A stretch of DNA of 64,000 bases, from the NCBI RefSeq assembly GCF_004010195.1, contig NC_057731.1, forward strand, positions 17,822,720-17,886,719, given 5' to 3'. Each line of letters begins with the position of its first letter. The first letter of the stretch is position 1. Positions 48,526-60,346 of the stretch are shown piece by piece. This DNA is from Chiloscyllium plagiosum (taxonomy: Eukaryota). The position numbers were made by a program, and so were the translations under genes. The notes beneath the pieces are model-generated. The model did no database searches. It was not told the DNA's origin and saw nothing but the letters and a program-made list of their open reading frames with translations.

Positions 48526-49722
48526 TAGGGACAATTTAATTTGGACTCCACTCAGGCAGCCATTTTGTAATTGAAACATTTTAAGTCAAGCAAGGTGAAT
48601 CTTTCTCAACCAATTTTGCCCCATCAGGCTTGGGCCTGAGCCTTTTACCATAATCAATGGTAACTGAACCAGCTGCTTCTCATAAGACTCTGGAACCAAA
48701 GTTGTATCCTTAATCTGTAGGGGTTCCCCAGTGTAGGTTCTCAGCCCAGCTGAGCTTTACACAGACTTAATGGTTGGAATTCAGAGCAAATTTTGTTAAA
48801 AGACTGGTTCTGCGATCACTAATACAGCCACCTCAGGTTTGACCTCCATTGGAACTGGATGACCATTTAATCAGTCATTTATTTTGATTGCGTCTGATTT
48901 GGATGTCACTAAGCAATTTCATTGTTCCAAACAAACTATAGGTGGATTTTCCAGGTTGTGCACTCTCTTAGATACTGGCATTTGAGTTCTCTTTACTCAG
49001 TTTAGGCCCTAGTGGGACTCTTTTTGCTGTCTCAAGTCCACATAATGACAGAAACTACAATGACCTGCGAGCCTGGATTCTCGAGAAAATCATTTGGCTG
49101 AGGCTTGGATTTGTTTTGAGGCTTTGCAATAGGCTGACCTAGAGTCCCACTGTTCAGAATATGTCTAGAGTGAGTCTATGCAATTGCCTTCGCTCAAGAG
49201 CCATCCCCCAAGCTCAGTCAGCCTGGCAAGGGTGTTCACGTCCGTTGGAATCCATCTGCTCCACTTGCCTCATTTTTTAATGACAAAGCCAGTTGTAATG
49301 CCTGTTTGAAGTCCAGTTAGGCTTCAGCCAGTAAGTGTTTTTGCATGGTCACATCATTAATCCCACATACCAATGATTTCTCAGCATCTCACTAATATTA
49401 AACCAAAGTCACATGCCTCTGCCAATCATCAACCAAATCCGTCAACTCTTGAAAAGTTTTAGTATCTGGTGTCTCAGGGAAAGTTACGCTCCTAATAACC
49501 GAAGAAACTGCGAATATGAAAGCTGTGAGGAGAATTACTCATTGCTTTACGTCTGCCCCAATATCAGAAAAAAAACGCATTCTATCCATAAACTGGGCCC
49601 AATGTTCATCGGCAGATTGAACAAGTCAAGCTTCCCAAATAGTGGCATGATGCCGGAAATGCGTACCCCGACTCAAAGATGACAGGGGTGTATATTTCTC
49701 TCATTGCCATTGAAATAACTCC

Positions 49723-49915
49723 GAGGAGAAAGTGAGGACTGCAGATGCTGGAGATCAGAGCTGAAAATGTGTTGCTGGAAAAGCGCAGCAGGTCAGGCAG
49801 CATCCAAGGAGCAGGAGAATCGATGTTTCAAGGGCTTATGCCCGAAACGTCGATTCTCCTGTTCCTTGGATGCTGCCTGACCTGCTGCGCTTTTCCAGCA
49901 ACACATTTTCAGCAC
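49723..49915. mobile_element. Palindromic Penelope-terminus mini-element; 12-bp TSD
   Basis: Inverted arms gctgaaaatgtgttgctggaaaagcgcagcaggtcaggcagcatccaagga and their reverse complement. Centre gggcttatgcccGAAACGTC. TSD tgaaataactcc at 49711-49722 and 49916-49927. Confidence 0.9.
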
Positions 49916-50147
49916 TGAAATAACTCCACAAAGATCGGTATCCTGTCACTCAGTCTCCCTTTATTTACATCTGCTTAGTACATGACACTGACCCAGCTAG
50001 CTCAGAGCTGGCTCCTTGAGGGAACATAACTCCTGACACTCCTGTTCATATTTGTCAGCCACGGCTTCCTGAACAGACCAGCCCCAATCAGGGAACGCAT
50101 ATTCTATGAGGTCAACCTGGCTGACCTTGTTCCAGTCACTTCACGTA

Positions 50148-51390
50148 GAAACATAGGAACACAGGAATTAGGAGCAGCAGAAGGCAATTCAGCACTTCAA
50201 GCCTGCTTGCCATTTAACATGATCATGGCTGATCTTAACCTGGTCTCAATTCAACTCCACTTTCCTGCCTGCCCCCCATAGCCCTTTATCCTGCTTTTCA
50301 TCAGAAACATATCTATTTCTTACTTGAATCTATTGATTGATTCTCCCTCCACTGTACTCTGGGGCAGTGAGTTCCACAGATCTACAACCCTCTGACAGAA
50401 GTAGTTTCTCTTCATTTTGAACTTTCCTCCTGTCACTCTATATCTATGACCTCTTGTTCAATACTGTCCCACAAGGGGAAACATCTATCCCATATCCACC
50501 TTATCAATCCTCTTTAGCATTTTATATTCCTCAATCAGATTCTCCTCTCATTCTTCTGAACTCAAACAAATACAAGCCCAAATATTCAATCGCTCCTCAT
50601 ACAACAGTCTTTTCATCCCTGGAATCAATCTGGTGAACCTTCTCTGTACTGTCGCCAGTGGCACCACCTCCTTTTTCAAGTAAGAAGATCAGAACTGGAT
50701 ACAATATTCCAGATATGGTGTCATCAACACAATTATATAATTGTAACAACACTTCTTTCCTTTTATAATCCAGTTCTTTTGCAGTAAATGTCAGGATTCC
50801 ATTTGCTTTTCTTATTATGTGCTGCATCACATACTCACTTTCAGCGATTCATGCACAGAGATGCCTACATCCCACTGCACTGATGCACTTTGAATTTGCT
50901 TCCCATTTAAATAATAACCTGCTCTTTTATTTAATGGCTCAAATGGACAACCTCGCATTTACCCACATTCAACTCCATCTGCCATGTTCTAGCCCATTCT
51001 CCAAGCCTGTCAATATCCATCTCTAAACTCTTTTAGCTCTTTAGCCTGCTTTCATTGCCCGCTTTCCCACCTATTTTAGTATCATCCATAAACTTTGCTA
51101 TGTTGCATTCTGTCCCTGCTTGCAGATCATTTCTATAGATTGTAAATAGTCGAGGTCCAAGAACTGAAACTGCAGCACTTCACTAGTTACAGTTTGCCAT
51201 CCATAGAAGGACCCATTTATCCCAAGCATCAGTTTTCTGTCAGCCAGCCAATCCTCTATCCAAACCAATAGTCTATCCTTAACCTTCTAGATCAGTCTTT
51301 TTTATGGCACCTTGTCAAATACGTTCTGGAAATCCAGATGCACCACCTCCACCAGATCCCCATTATCTACCTTGCTGGTTGCATCCTCAA
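50148..51390 (-). mobile_element. CR1 RT and 3' end
   Basis: QHIIRKANGILTFTAKELDYKRKEVLLQLY, a DFQNVFDKVP-like segment near 51310-51340, and a tail. Confidence 0.85.
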
Positions 51391-51950
51391 AGTACCTTCA
51401 AAGGACACTTAACAGGATAGATACAGAAATGTTGCTTCCCCCTAAGGGAGAGTCTAGGACCAGAGGGCATAATCTCAGAATTAGGGCTCACTTTTAAAAC
51501 AAGATGAGGAGGAATTTCTTCTCTAAGTGGGTATTGAATCTGTGAAATTCTTCACTACAGAGGGCTACAGAAGCTCAATATATTCAAGGCCGAGATACAC
51601 AGATTTATAATCAGTGGGCGAACCAAGGGTAGAGGGAAAAGGCAGGAAAATTGACTTGAGGACTATCAGATCATAGAAACGTAAAGGTGTATAGAATAGA
51701 GCAGGAGTAGATCATCCAGCCCTTTGAACCTTCTCTGTCATTCAATATGATAATGGCTGATCATCCAACTCAGTACCATGTTCCTACTTTCTCTCCAGCC
51801 ATTTTCATCTCTTTATACCTAAGAGCTATATCTAGTTCCTTTTTGAATGCATTCAGTATTTTCTCAACTGCTTTCACTAGCAAAGAATTCTACAGGCTCA
51901 TCACTTTCTGGGTAATAGAAAAATTTTCTGCTCCTCTCAGTCCTAAATAG
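51391..51950. mobile_element. Two CR1 3' fragments in opposite orientation
   Basis: + strand GESRTRGHNLRIR at about 51400-51670; - strand tail at about 51680-51950. Confidence 0.7.
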
Positions 51951-53959
51951 CATCCCCAAAGATTATTCATGTTCTCATTGAATGATAGACTGGATGGCTT
52001 GAATGGCCCACCACTGCTGCGATGGTTTATGATCTAATTTAACACGAATATGAGGAGAAACGTCTTCACATAGTCAGTGGACAATCTTTAGCGTTCACTT
52101 CCCCAAGGGTATTTAGATGTTGAGTCGGTGCACTTTTTAAGACTGAGATTGATACAATTTTGGGCAGTAGAGGAATCAAGGAATAGGGAAGAAAAATGGA
52201 AATTGTGTAGGAGTTTAGCCACCATCTTATTAAATGGTAAAGGAAGTTTGAAGAGCCTTATAACCTACTCTGCTCCTACTTCTTATATTTTCAATGTTTA
52301 CTTCATAACTTATGTTTAATATTCAGAGAGAATTCTCGATTGAGCAAAGACAAGGTAATTCTGTGTTCATAGAATTTTTCTTGTAGCTATTATGTAAGTG
52401 AGAGCCATATATATGAAAAATAGAAATCCCAATCTTAATACAGATTATTACATTGTGCATTGCATGATGGGATAGTCCTTCTTCTGAAATGTTTTCTAGC
52501 TTTGCCTCGAGAGAGAAAATTAGAAAGAAAAATAACTCATGCATGTTTCATAGAAATTAGAAAAAAAAAAGGAAATAGAATGAGAGGACCAAAGAAGCTA
52601 CACTTTTAATGGCATTCCGATATTACTGCAGTAAAGTGAACAAAAGGCATACACTAAGGAAAACTTCCAGCTGATCACTCTCAAAACCTCAGCAGTTGCA
52701 ATGAGCTATAACCTAACAACACTGAAGAACTTAGAAATCACATGGTATGCTTCATCCTTGTTCTCATTATATAGGATCAATCACTGTTCTTCAGCTATCC
52801 ATAAATTGAAGGTGAGTCCAACATATGGGTTTTCACATAAATATGTAAGAAATTTTCATGGTATCATTTTGAAGACCAAGTTGAATATCTTGAATGCAAA
52901 ATGTTCCCAACTCTTTGTTCATCTGCAAGATACATGACATATTACAATGGCTTTGGGAAGAAACTACACAAATTCCATGCATATAACTTATGACACGTGT
53001 TGCACACAAGGCTGTGTAAAGAAAAGCAATAAATCACAGGGACGTACGAAAACTGTATGGCGATACTTCAGTTAAATAAATATCAATTTGTATAATGTTA
53101 GAATAAATAAATATTCAGTATGTCCTCAGGTTAATAGAAAAGGAGATATTGCTAGTGTTGGGAGAGTAACTGAGGGGAGCTGTGTTATGTAAGAGGGATC
53201 ATTATACCATAAGATTTAGATTAATGATGGAAAAATAATAAATGTTAATAAAAGGTCAAATTGGAAGGGGACTTTGGAAATGAAAATGGACTCCTTTCAA
53301 TGACATGAGAATGGACCTAGCCAGGGTAAAATTGATTCAAAGGCTAATGGTGATAACTGTAATGGGGCAATCTTTCTTTAAGGAAGAGATGGTGCAGGTG
53401 CAAGCTAGGTACGTTGCAACAAGAGAGAAAGGCAGGGGACCCAAAGCAGCACTCCCTGAATGAAGACAGAAATCAAAACAGAAAAGAGAGGGTCTACAAT
53501 GCATGTAAGCTAAATTCTTCAAGTGAGAACCAGGTTTGGTTCAATATTTTGAGAGGTGAATTGAAGAAGAATATAATACTGGCAAACAGAGAATATGACA
53601 ATAAGAATATGAGAATAGAATAGCTGCTAACGTAAAAGGGAATCTGACAATCTTCTACCAGAATGTAAAGAGGTGAAGTGGCTCCTACTAAAAATAAACA
53701 AAGTGATAAATTGTCAGAAATGTTGGAAAAAGTTAAAATACTTAATGAGTATTTTGTATCAAAGTTTATTAAGGAAGAGGAATCCTAAAAATATTAATAG
53801 AAATAGAGATTGTCGATGCAATAGATAAATAAAAATTGAGAGAGATGAACCACTGGAAAGATTGGCTATGTTTAGGGTAGGTAAATTATCTGGTCAGGAC
53901 AGATTGCATCCCAGTTTTCTAAAGGACATGGAAGTGCAGTTCATGGAAGGTGTATAATG

Positions 53960-54288
53960 TATAGAATCCCTACAGTGTGGAAACAAGCCATCTGGCCCAT
54001 CAAGGCAAACCAACCCCCTGAACAGCATCCCATCCAGATCCATCCTCCTAACCTATAACCCCACATTTCCCATGGTTAATGCGCCTAACCTACACAAATC
54101 TGAACACTGTGGGCATAATTAGTATGGCCAATCCACCTAACCTGCACATCTTTAGACAGTGGGAGGAAACCAGAGCACCCGGCGCAAACACCAGGAGAAA
54201 GTGCAAACTCCACACAGACAGTAGGACTCGAATCCGGATCTCTGACACTGTGAGGCAGCAGTGCTAACCACAGTGCCACCATGCCACC
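53960..54288 (-). mobile_element. HE1-like SINE
   Basis: Reverse strand ggcatggtggcactgtggttagcactgctgcctcacag, plus core and tail. Confidence 0.88.
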
Positions 54289-54435
54289 CTGAATGGTCTG
54301 CCATCATCTTCCATATGGGGGTGTTATCAGTGTATTGGAGAGTGACAGATGTGACATCCTTATTCAAGAAAAGATGTAAGAACATTCCCAGAAACCATAA
54401 GTAATTAACTGAGGATAGTCAGCATTGATTTCTAA

Positions 54436-54522
54436 GCAATCTGATGAAGGAGCAGCCCTCCGAAAGTGAGTACTTCCAAATAAACCTGTTGAATATAACC
54501 TGGCATATGTGATTTTTTAACT
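54436..54522 (+). mobile_element. Short Penelope-terminus insertion with a degenerate hammerhead; 11-bp TSD
   Basis: CTGATGA a ggagcagccctcc GAAA gtga at 54441-54469. TSD ttgatttctaa at 54425-54435 and 54523-54533. Confidence 0.8.
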
Positions 54523-55147
54523 TTGATTTCTAAAAGGCATTTTCTGATTAAGTAAGAGAGAAGGTTGACTTAAAGGAGTGTGGTGTTTGTTGTCTCTACA
54601 GAATTTTAAAAAAGCATTTGACAAAGTACCATATAATGGCAGGAAGTGAGGCTTGTGGTATCAGAGAGTCGCTGCTCTATTGCATAAAATAATTCACTGA
54701 GGGACAGGAGACAGTGAGTTATATAAATGGTTCTTTTCACACTGAAGGGTGGGTTGACAGTAGAGCTTTTTCAGGGTAAATGGTGGGACACTGTTTTTCT
54801 GAATGTAAAGTAGAATTTCAAAATTTACCGACTATATCAAACTTGGAGGAGTTATGGAAGACGGCAGCCACTGGAGGAGGCAAGCTGGGTATATTGGTGC
54901 TAGTCCTGAATCTGCAAAAGTAGAGAGTTAGTAGCAGGATATATATATTCTGTTTTTTTTCTGTCAGTCCCTGAAGTGAGGAGATTCTGAATCCCCTGTT
55001 AAAACTACTCATCAAAACCAAAATTATTATTAATGTGAAAGTGATTGACCAGCTTTCTGATTACCTCATTGCAACATGAGGAAATGGTAAAGAGGAACCA
55101 ATCAAACTAGGAGAAGGAGCAAACTGTTAAATGAATTGTCGGTACAG

Positions 55148-55480
55148 GATTAGATTAGATTAGATTAGATTAGATTAGATTCCCCTACAGTGTGGAAACA
55201 GGCCCTTTGGCCCAAAAAGTCCACACCGACCTCCGATGAGTAACCCACCCATTTCCCTCTGACTAATGCATCTATCATTATGGGCTTTTCAGCATGGCCT
55301 ATTTACCTAACCTGCATATCTTTGGACTGTGGGAGGAAACCGGAGCACCCGGAGGAAACCCACGCAGACACAGGGAGAATGTGCAAACTCCACACAGACA
55401 GTCGCCCGAGGGCTGGAATTGAACCTGGGTCCCTGGTGCTGTAAGGCAGCAGTGCTAGCCACTGAGCCACCATGCTGCCA
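55148..55480 (-). mobile_element. HE1-like SINE with a (gatta)n tail; a second partial copy follows at about 55500-55680
   Basis: A/B boxes on the reverse strand and the HE1 core. Confidence 0.9.
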
Positions 55481-56030
55481 AAACACTTTGAGCCATTGAG
55501 TCCGTACAGTGTGGATGCAGACCATTCAGCCCATTGAGTCCACACCGACCTTCTGAAGAGCATCCCACCCAGACTCACCCTTCGACGCTATCCCTGTAAC
55601 CCTGCATTTCTCATGGCCAATCCATCTGACTTGCACATCTTTAGACTTTGGGAGGAAGCTAGGACACGCAGACATGGGAGACTATATGAAGTTTGCACAT
55701 TCTCCCGTTGTGGGTATAATTATGTTTAAAAGACATTTGGATAGGTACAGGAATAGGAAAGGTTTGGAGGGATATAGGCCAGGAGCAGAAAGGTGGGGCT
55801 AGTTTAGTTTGGGATTATGTTTGGCATGGACTGGTTGAATCAAAGGGTCTGTTTCCATGCTGTATGACTCTATGACTAAGTGACAGATGGGATTTAAAAT
55901 AGAGAAGTGCAATGTGATGCTATTTGGCAGAAAGGATAAGGAAAGGCAAAATAGGATTAATGGCACAATTCCAAACAGTATGCAGGAGCAGAGGGATTGA
56001 GGGTGCAGGTACATTGACCTTTGAAGGTGT

Positions 56031-56121
56031 AGCTGAAAATGTGTTGCTGGAAAAGCGCAGCAGGTCAGGCAGCATCCAAGGAGCAGGAGAATCGATGTTT
56101 CGGACATAAGCCCTTCTTCAG
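56031..56121 (-). mobile_element. Single-arm Penelope mini-element with a hammerhead motif
   Basis: Reverse strand ttc CTGAAGA a gggcttatgtcc GAAA catc. Flanking repeat gaaggtg at 56023-56029 and 56122-56128. Confidence 0.85.
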
Positions 56122-56149
56122 GAAGGTGATAGGACATAATAGGAGAATG

Positions 56150-56360
56150 AAAACGTGTTGCTGGAAAAGCACAGCAGGTCAGGCAGCATCCAAGGAACAG
56201 GAGAATTGACGTTTCGGGCATAAACTCTTCTTCCTGAAGAAGGGCTTATGCCCGAAACGTCGATTCTCCTGTTCCTTGGATGCTGCCTGACCTGCTGCGC
56301 TTTTCCAGCAACACATTTTCAGCTCTGATCTCCAGCATCTGCAGCCCTCACTTTCTCCTC
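56150..56360. mobile_element. Palindromic Penelope mini-element with an intact + strand hammerhead; 15-bp TSD
   Basis: Inverted arms. TSD cataataggagaatg at 56135-56149 and 56361-56375. Confidence 0.9.
56231..56264 (+). ncRNA. Minimal type I hammerhead ribozyme motif (intact core)
   Basis: uuc-CUGAAGA-a-GGGC uuau GCCC-GAAA-CGUC^gau. All core bases are present, with palindromic ACGU in place of stem III; stem I is weak. Predicted cut after C56261. Confidence 0.75.
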
Positions 56361-57739
56361 CATAATAGGAGAATGGTTAACTATGCGTCTGGATCTTTGC
56401 CTTCATGGATAGAGGCATTGTGTATAAAAGCAAGGAAGTTATGTTGACCCTTTATGAAGCATTGGTTAGATTCCAGCTGGAATTCTGTGTCCAGTACAAG
56501 TCATAACGTCTGAATGTGAGGATCCTTAAGAGAGTTCAGAAAGATTTTGTAAAATATTCCAGGGTGGGGACTTTAGTAAAAAGGTTAAGTTGAAAAGGCT
56601 AGTGTTGTCTTCCTTTTTGATTTATTGAGGGGAGATTTGATAGAGGTGCACAATAACATGGCAGATTTGGATAAAGTAGATGTGGAAAAACTGTTTGCAT
56701 TAGCTGTTCGAACAAGGACAGAGGGGATACAGGATTCTTATTCTTGGGAGACAAGTGTGAAATACAACATTTTTTAAGCAGTAAGTGCCAGGAGGGTGGT
56801 GGAAGAAGAAACAATGATTTCAAAAAGAAGTTGATTAAGTCCCTAAAGGAAATAAAATTGCAGAGCTCTGGGGATTGAGTGAGACCCACTGGATTGCTTG
56901 ACAGAGAAGTTATATGATCTGAATGGGACAAATGGCCTCTTTCTGTGGTGTAAACATTCCTGGACATGAAATTCCTATTGTTCACTGTTGTAAAGTCTTC
57001 CCACTGTCAGTGGAGATATGAAAGGCTTGCTAGATGTAATAAGATTCCCCCTCTTATCTCCCGTTGTCTGAGCCAGGGTCACCAATATGACATTAGAGAA
57101 CCTGAAGTTTTCAGCCATTTTGTCAATGTCAAAAGTTCCTCTGAAACCAATGTATATCCCCTTTAAGAGATACTCACTGCCTCAAAGTGATACAGTGTGG
57201 ACATGAATGGCTGCATGTTTGAATTGTTATATTGGTCTGCAGCTTTAACATGGTCTCTGGATCAATGTTAAAGCAGCACGTTTGGTGTACACCCTATATT
57301 CCTCTTTTCCAATCTCTTGGCCGTTACGGTAAATCTAAATCACAAAGCTAGCAATCTCATACCCATCAAATCAATCTGAGGACAAAAATTGTTCATTGGT
57401 TTTCGTAACTTGTGAGCCCATTTAAAATAAATAGGCAGCAAGTGTCAGCACCAATGCATGAGGTTACATCCTGACCACTTTCAGCACAACCCATGTCGAT
57501 TGCTTCACTTTTGACAATGATAATATCGACATTACATACAGTCATCAGAGTCCATATAAAATGCTAATTTGACACAGGACCTGCCATTTTCATCACATTA
57601 GTTGACACCCTCTCTTAAAAATGTACATCTCAACAAGCAATCACCTGCATGAAGTATATCCTTGACCCTTAAAGGCATCCACCCTCGAAATTCTAGGAAT
57701 TCTGTAGCAAGTAATTCATTTCCTATCTCCCTAAAATAT

Positions 57740-58270
57740 GTCCAATATCCACAAAGCACAAGTCAGGAGTGTGATGGAATACCCTCTGGATGAGTGCAGC
57801 TCCAACAACACTCATCAATCTCAACACCATCCAGACAAAGCCGCCTGCTAGATTGGCACTCCAACCACCACAATAAGCATTGACTACCTCTATAATTGAA
57901 ACACAGTGATGGCAGCAGTGTGTGCCATCTACAAGATGCACTGCAGTAACTCATCAAGCCTCCATCGACACCACCTTGCAAGCACGTGACCTCTACCACC
58001 TAGAAGGGCAAGGGCAGCAGATGTATGGGAGCATTACTACATGCAAATTCTCTGCCTAGTCATATACTGTCCTGACTCAGAACTATATCACTGTCCCTCC
58101 AGTGTTGCTTAGTCAAAATCCTGAAGCTCACTTCTTAACAACACTATGGTTGTCCCTACACACAAAGAGTGAACAATTCAACAAGGCAGGCCAATTCTCC
58201 AGGACAATTAGGGTTAGGGAGTAAGTGCTGGCCCAGTCAGTGATACTCACATCCCACGAACTAACCAAAA
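57740..58270 (+). mobile_element. CR1/L2-group LINE 3' end (family of 35480-39580)
   Basis: aagcacaagtcaggagtgtgatggaatac..gcagctccaacaacactc..ccatctacaagatgcactgcag. Confidence 0.8.
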
Positions 58271-59783
58271 ACATTTAGGTTATTTGCTAGCTATTTGTTT
58301 TGTCTCAGAGGATCATAAGTCCTTGGAATTCTGTTCCTCAAAAGGTGGTGGCAGTAGAATCTTTGAATATGTTTAAGACAGAGATGGATAGATTCTTGGG
58401 AAGGGGGTGAAAGGTTAACGTCTCATAAATAGAGTGGCCTGGGTCATCTGATCTCCCATTTATGTTGCAATGTATTTGGGCTTACAGTGATAGAAAATGA
58501 TCTGCACACTTCCAAGTTGCTTAAATGCTTTATATTGCCAGTCAAGTGAACTGGTTTTAAAATTACCTGGTAAGTCCTCAGTAATTAGAACCAAGAGATG
58601 ATTTTGGCTTACCTGTGACTGAATAAAAGAGGTGGTCAAAACTCAGTAGCTTGTTCTGCATCTTTCTCAATTTTGATGTCCAGCAACTTCTTTAACTAGT
58701 CTATAAAAAAGCAAATTTTTCTTTATGTCTTGTTCAGGATGGCTGCATGCAGATCGAAGGTAGATAATGAAAGGCATTGTAGATGTGAGTGGTGGTGTGT
58801 AGAAGCTACATTATACAAAGATAGAAGAGGCTTGATGGACCAACTGGTCTTTGTTCTATTTCTGTACATTCCTGTAGTCTGGCAAATGGAGTTGCAATTC
58901 CCTGTCTAAGATCATGTGACTTTGTCACTGGCACCACCAGAGTCAGGAGGTCTGTGGGCTTTAGAAAGGCCTTTGACTAGATTCCACATGGTGGACTGGT
59001 TAGTCAGGTTTAGATCACATAGGATTCTGGGCTTGATCATAGGAAATAGAGGATGGTGGAAGAGGGTTTTTGTTCAGACTAGAGGCCTGTGACCAGCAGT
59101 GTGCCACAAGGATTGGTGCTGGGTCTACTGTTGTTCAACATTTATATAAATGATGTGGATGAGACTATAGGAGGCATGATTAATAAGTTTGCAGATGGTA
59201 CCAAAATTGTTGGTATAGTGGACAGTGAATAAGATTATCTAAGAGTATAATGGGATCTAGATCACCTAGGGCCAGTAGATGAGGAATGGTAGATGGAGTT
59301 TAATGCAAATAAGTGCAATGTATTGCATTTTGATAAGACAAACCAGGAAAGGACTTATACAGTTAATGGGGAGTGTCATTGAAAAGAGAGATACATAGTT
59401 CCTTGAAAGTGGCATCACTGGGTGGGTGAAGAAGGCATTTGGTATACTTGCCTTCATTGGTCAGAGCATTGAGTATGTTGGGATGTCATATTTTGGTTGT
59501 ACAGGACTTTGGTAAGGCCACGTTTGGAGAACTGTGTACAATTCTGTATGCCCTGCTCTCAGAAGGATGTTATTACACTCTTCCAGTCTAAAAAAGATTT
59601 GCAAAGATATTACCAAGACTGGATGGTTTGAGTTATAAAGTGAGGCTAGAATACTGGGACATTTTTCCTTGGAGCATATGAGATTGAAGGGTGATCTTAT
59701 ACAGGCTTATAAGATCATGAGGGGCTTGGCTAAGGTGAACAGCCAAGATCTTTTCCCCAGGGTAGGGGAGTCCAAAACTAGAA

Positions 59784-60117
59784 GGCGGCACGGTGGCACA
59801 ATGGTTAGCACTGCTGCCTCACAGCGCCAGAGACCCGGGTTCAATTCCCACCTCAGGCGACTGACTGTGTGGAGTTTGCACGTTCTCCCCGTGTCTGCGT
59901 GGGTTTCCTCCGGGTGCTCCGGTTTCCTCCCACAGTCCAAAGATGTGCAGGTCAGGTGAATTGGCCATACTAAATTGCCCGTAGTGTTAGGTAAGGGGCA
60001 AATGTAGGGGTATGGGTGGGTTGCGCTTCGGCGGGGCGGTGTGGACTTGTTGGGCCGAAGGGCCTGTTTCCACACTGTAAGTAATCTAATCTAAATCTAA
60101 TCTAATCTAATCTAATC
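59784..60117 (+). mobile_element. Young full-length HE1-like SINE
   Basis: ggcggcacggtggcacaatggttagc (A-box), gggttcaattccc (B-box), core and (taatc)n tail. Confidence 0.95.
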
Positions 60118-60253
60118 TTTTTAGATTTAAGATAAGAGGGCAAAGACTCAAAAAGACCTGAGGGGCAACTTTTTTCATCAGAGGGTGGTGCGTATATGGA
60201 ATGAGCTGCTAGAGGAATGGATAGAGGCGAGTACAATTACAACATTTGAAAGA

Positions 60254-60345
60254 GCTGAAACTTTATTGCTGGAACAGCACAGCAGGTCAGGCAGCATCTA
60301 GGGAACAGAAGATTCGACGTTTCGGGCACATGCCCTTCTTCAGGA
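60254..60345 (-). mobile_element. Single-arm Penelope mini-element; 13-bp TSD
   Basis: TSD aacatttgaaaga at 60241-60253 and 60346-60358, inside a CR1 3' end. Confidence 0.9.
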
Positions 60346-60346
60346 A
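60313..60346 (-). ncRNA. Minimal type I hammerhead ribozyme motif (intact)
   Basis: Reverse strand UUC-CUGAAGA-a-GGGC augu GCCC-GAAA-CGUC^GAA. Stem I UUC/GAA, a perfect stem II, the ACGU palindrome and a GUC cleavage triplet. Confidence 0.8.

Larger units (their letters stand above)
45100..50143 (-). mobile_element. Decayed Gypsy LTR retrotransposon (5' LTR about 49711-50143, gag, protease, RT) with nested insertions
   Basis: LTR TGAAGT..TATTTCA with AATAAA, followed by a tggca PBS-like site. Gag start MPLFGKLDLF at about 49650. RT GVIKPVQFVEWAAP..INTHKGLYQYARLPFGISS..IFQ..LQGLPQVTLYLDG. Confidence 0.88.
53150..54900 (+). mobile_element. Old CR1 ORF2 relic with a nested SINE and mini-element
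   Basis: aaagcatttgacaaagtacc (KAFDKVP) at about 54610; ggtcaggacagattgcatccc (G.D.LHP) at about 53890. Confidence 0.7.
55715..56960 (+). mobile_element. CR1 3' fragments carrying two nested Penelope mini-elements
   Basis: CR1 tail at 55715-55876 (ctgtatgactctatga), then an older CR1 RT 3' region. Confidence 0.75.

Noticed and set aside
49723-56360. Repeated palindromes as a CRISPR array or DNA-transposon MITEs
   Set aside because: There is no repeat-spacer array. Variable 7-15 bp TSDs, unequal arms and hammerhead cores point to Penelope-type retrotransposition.
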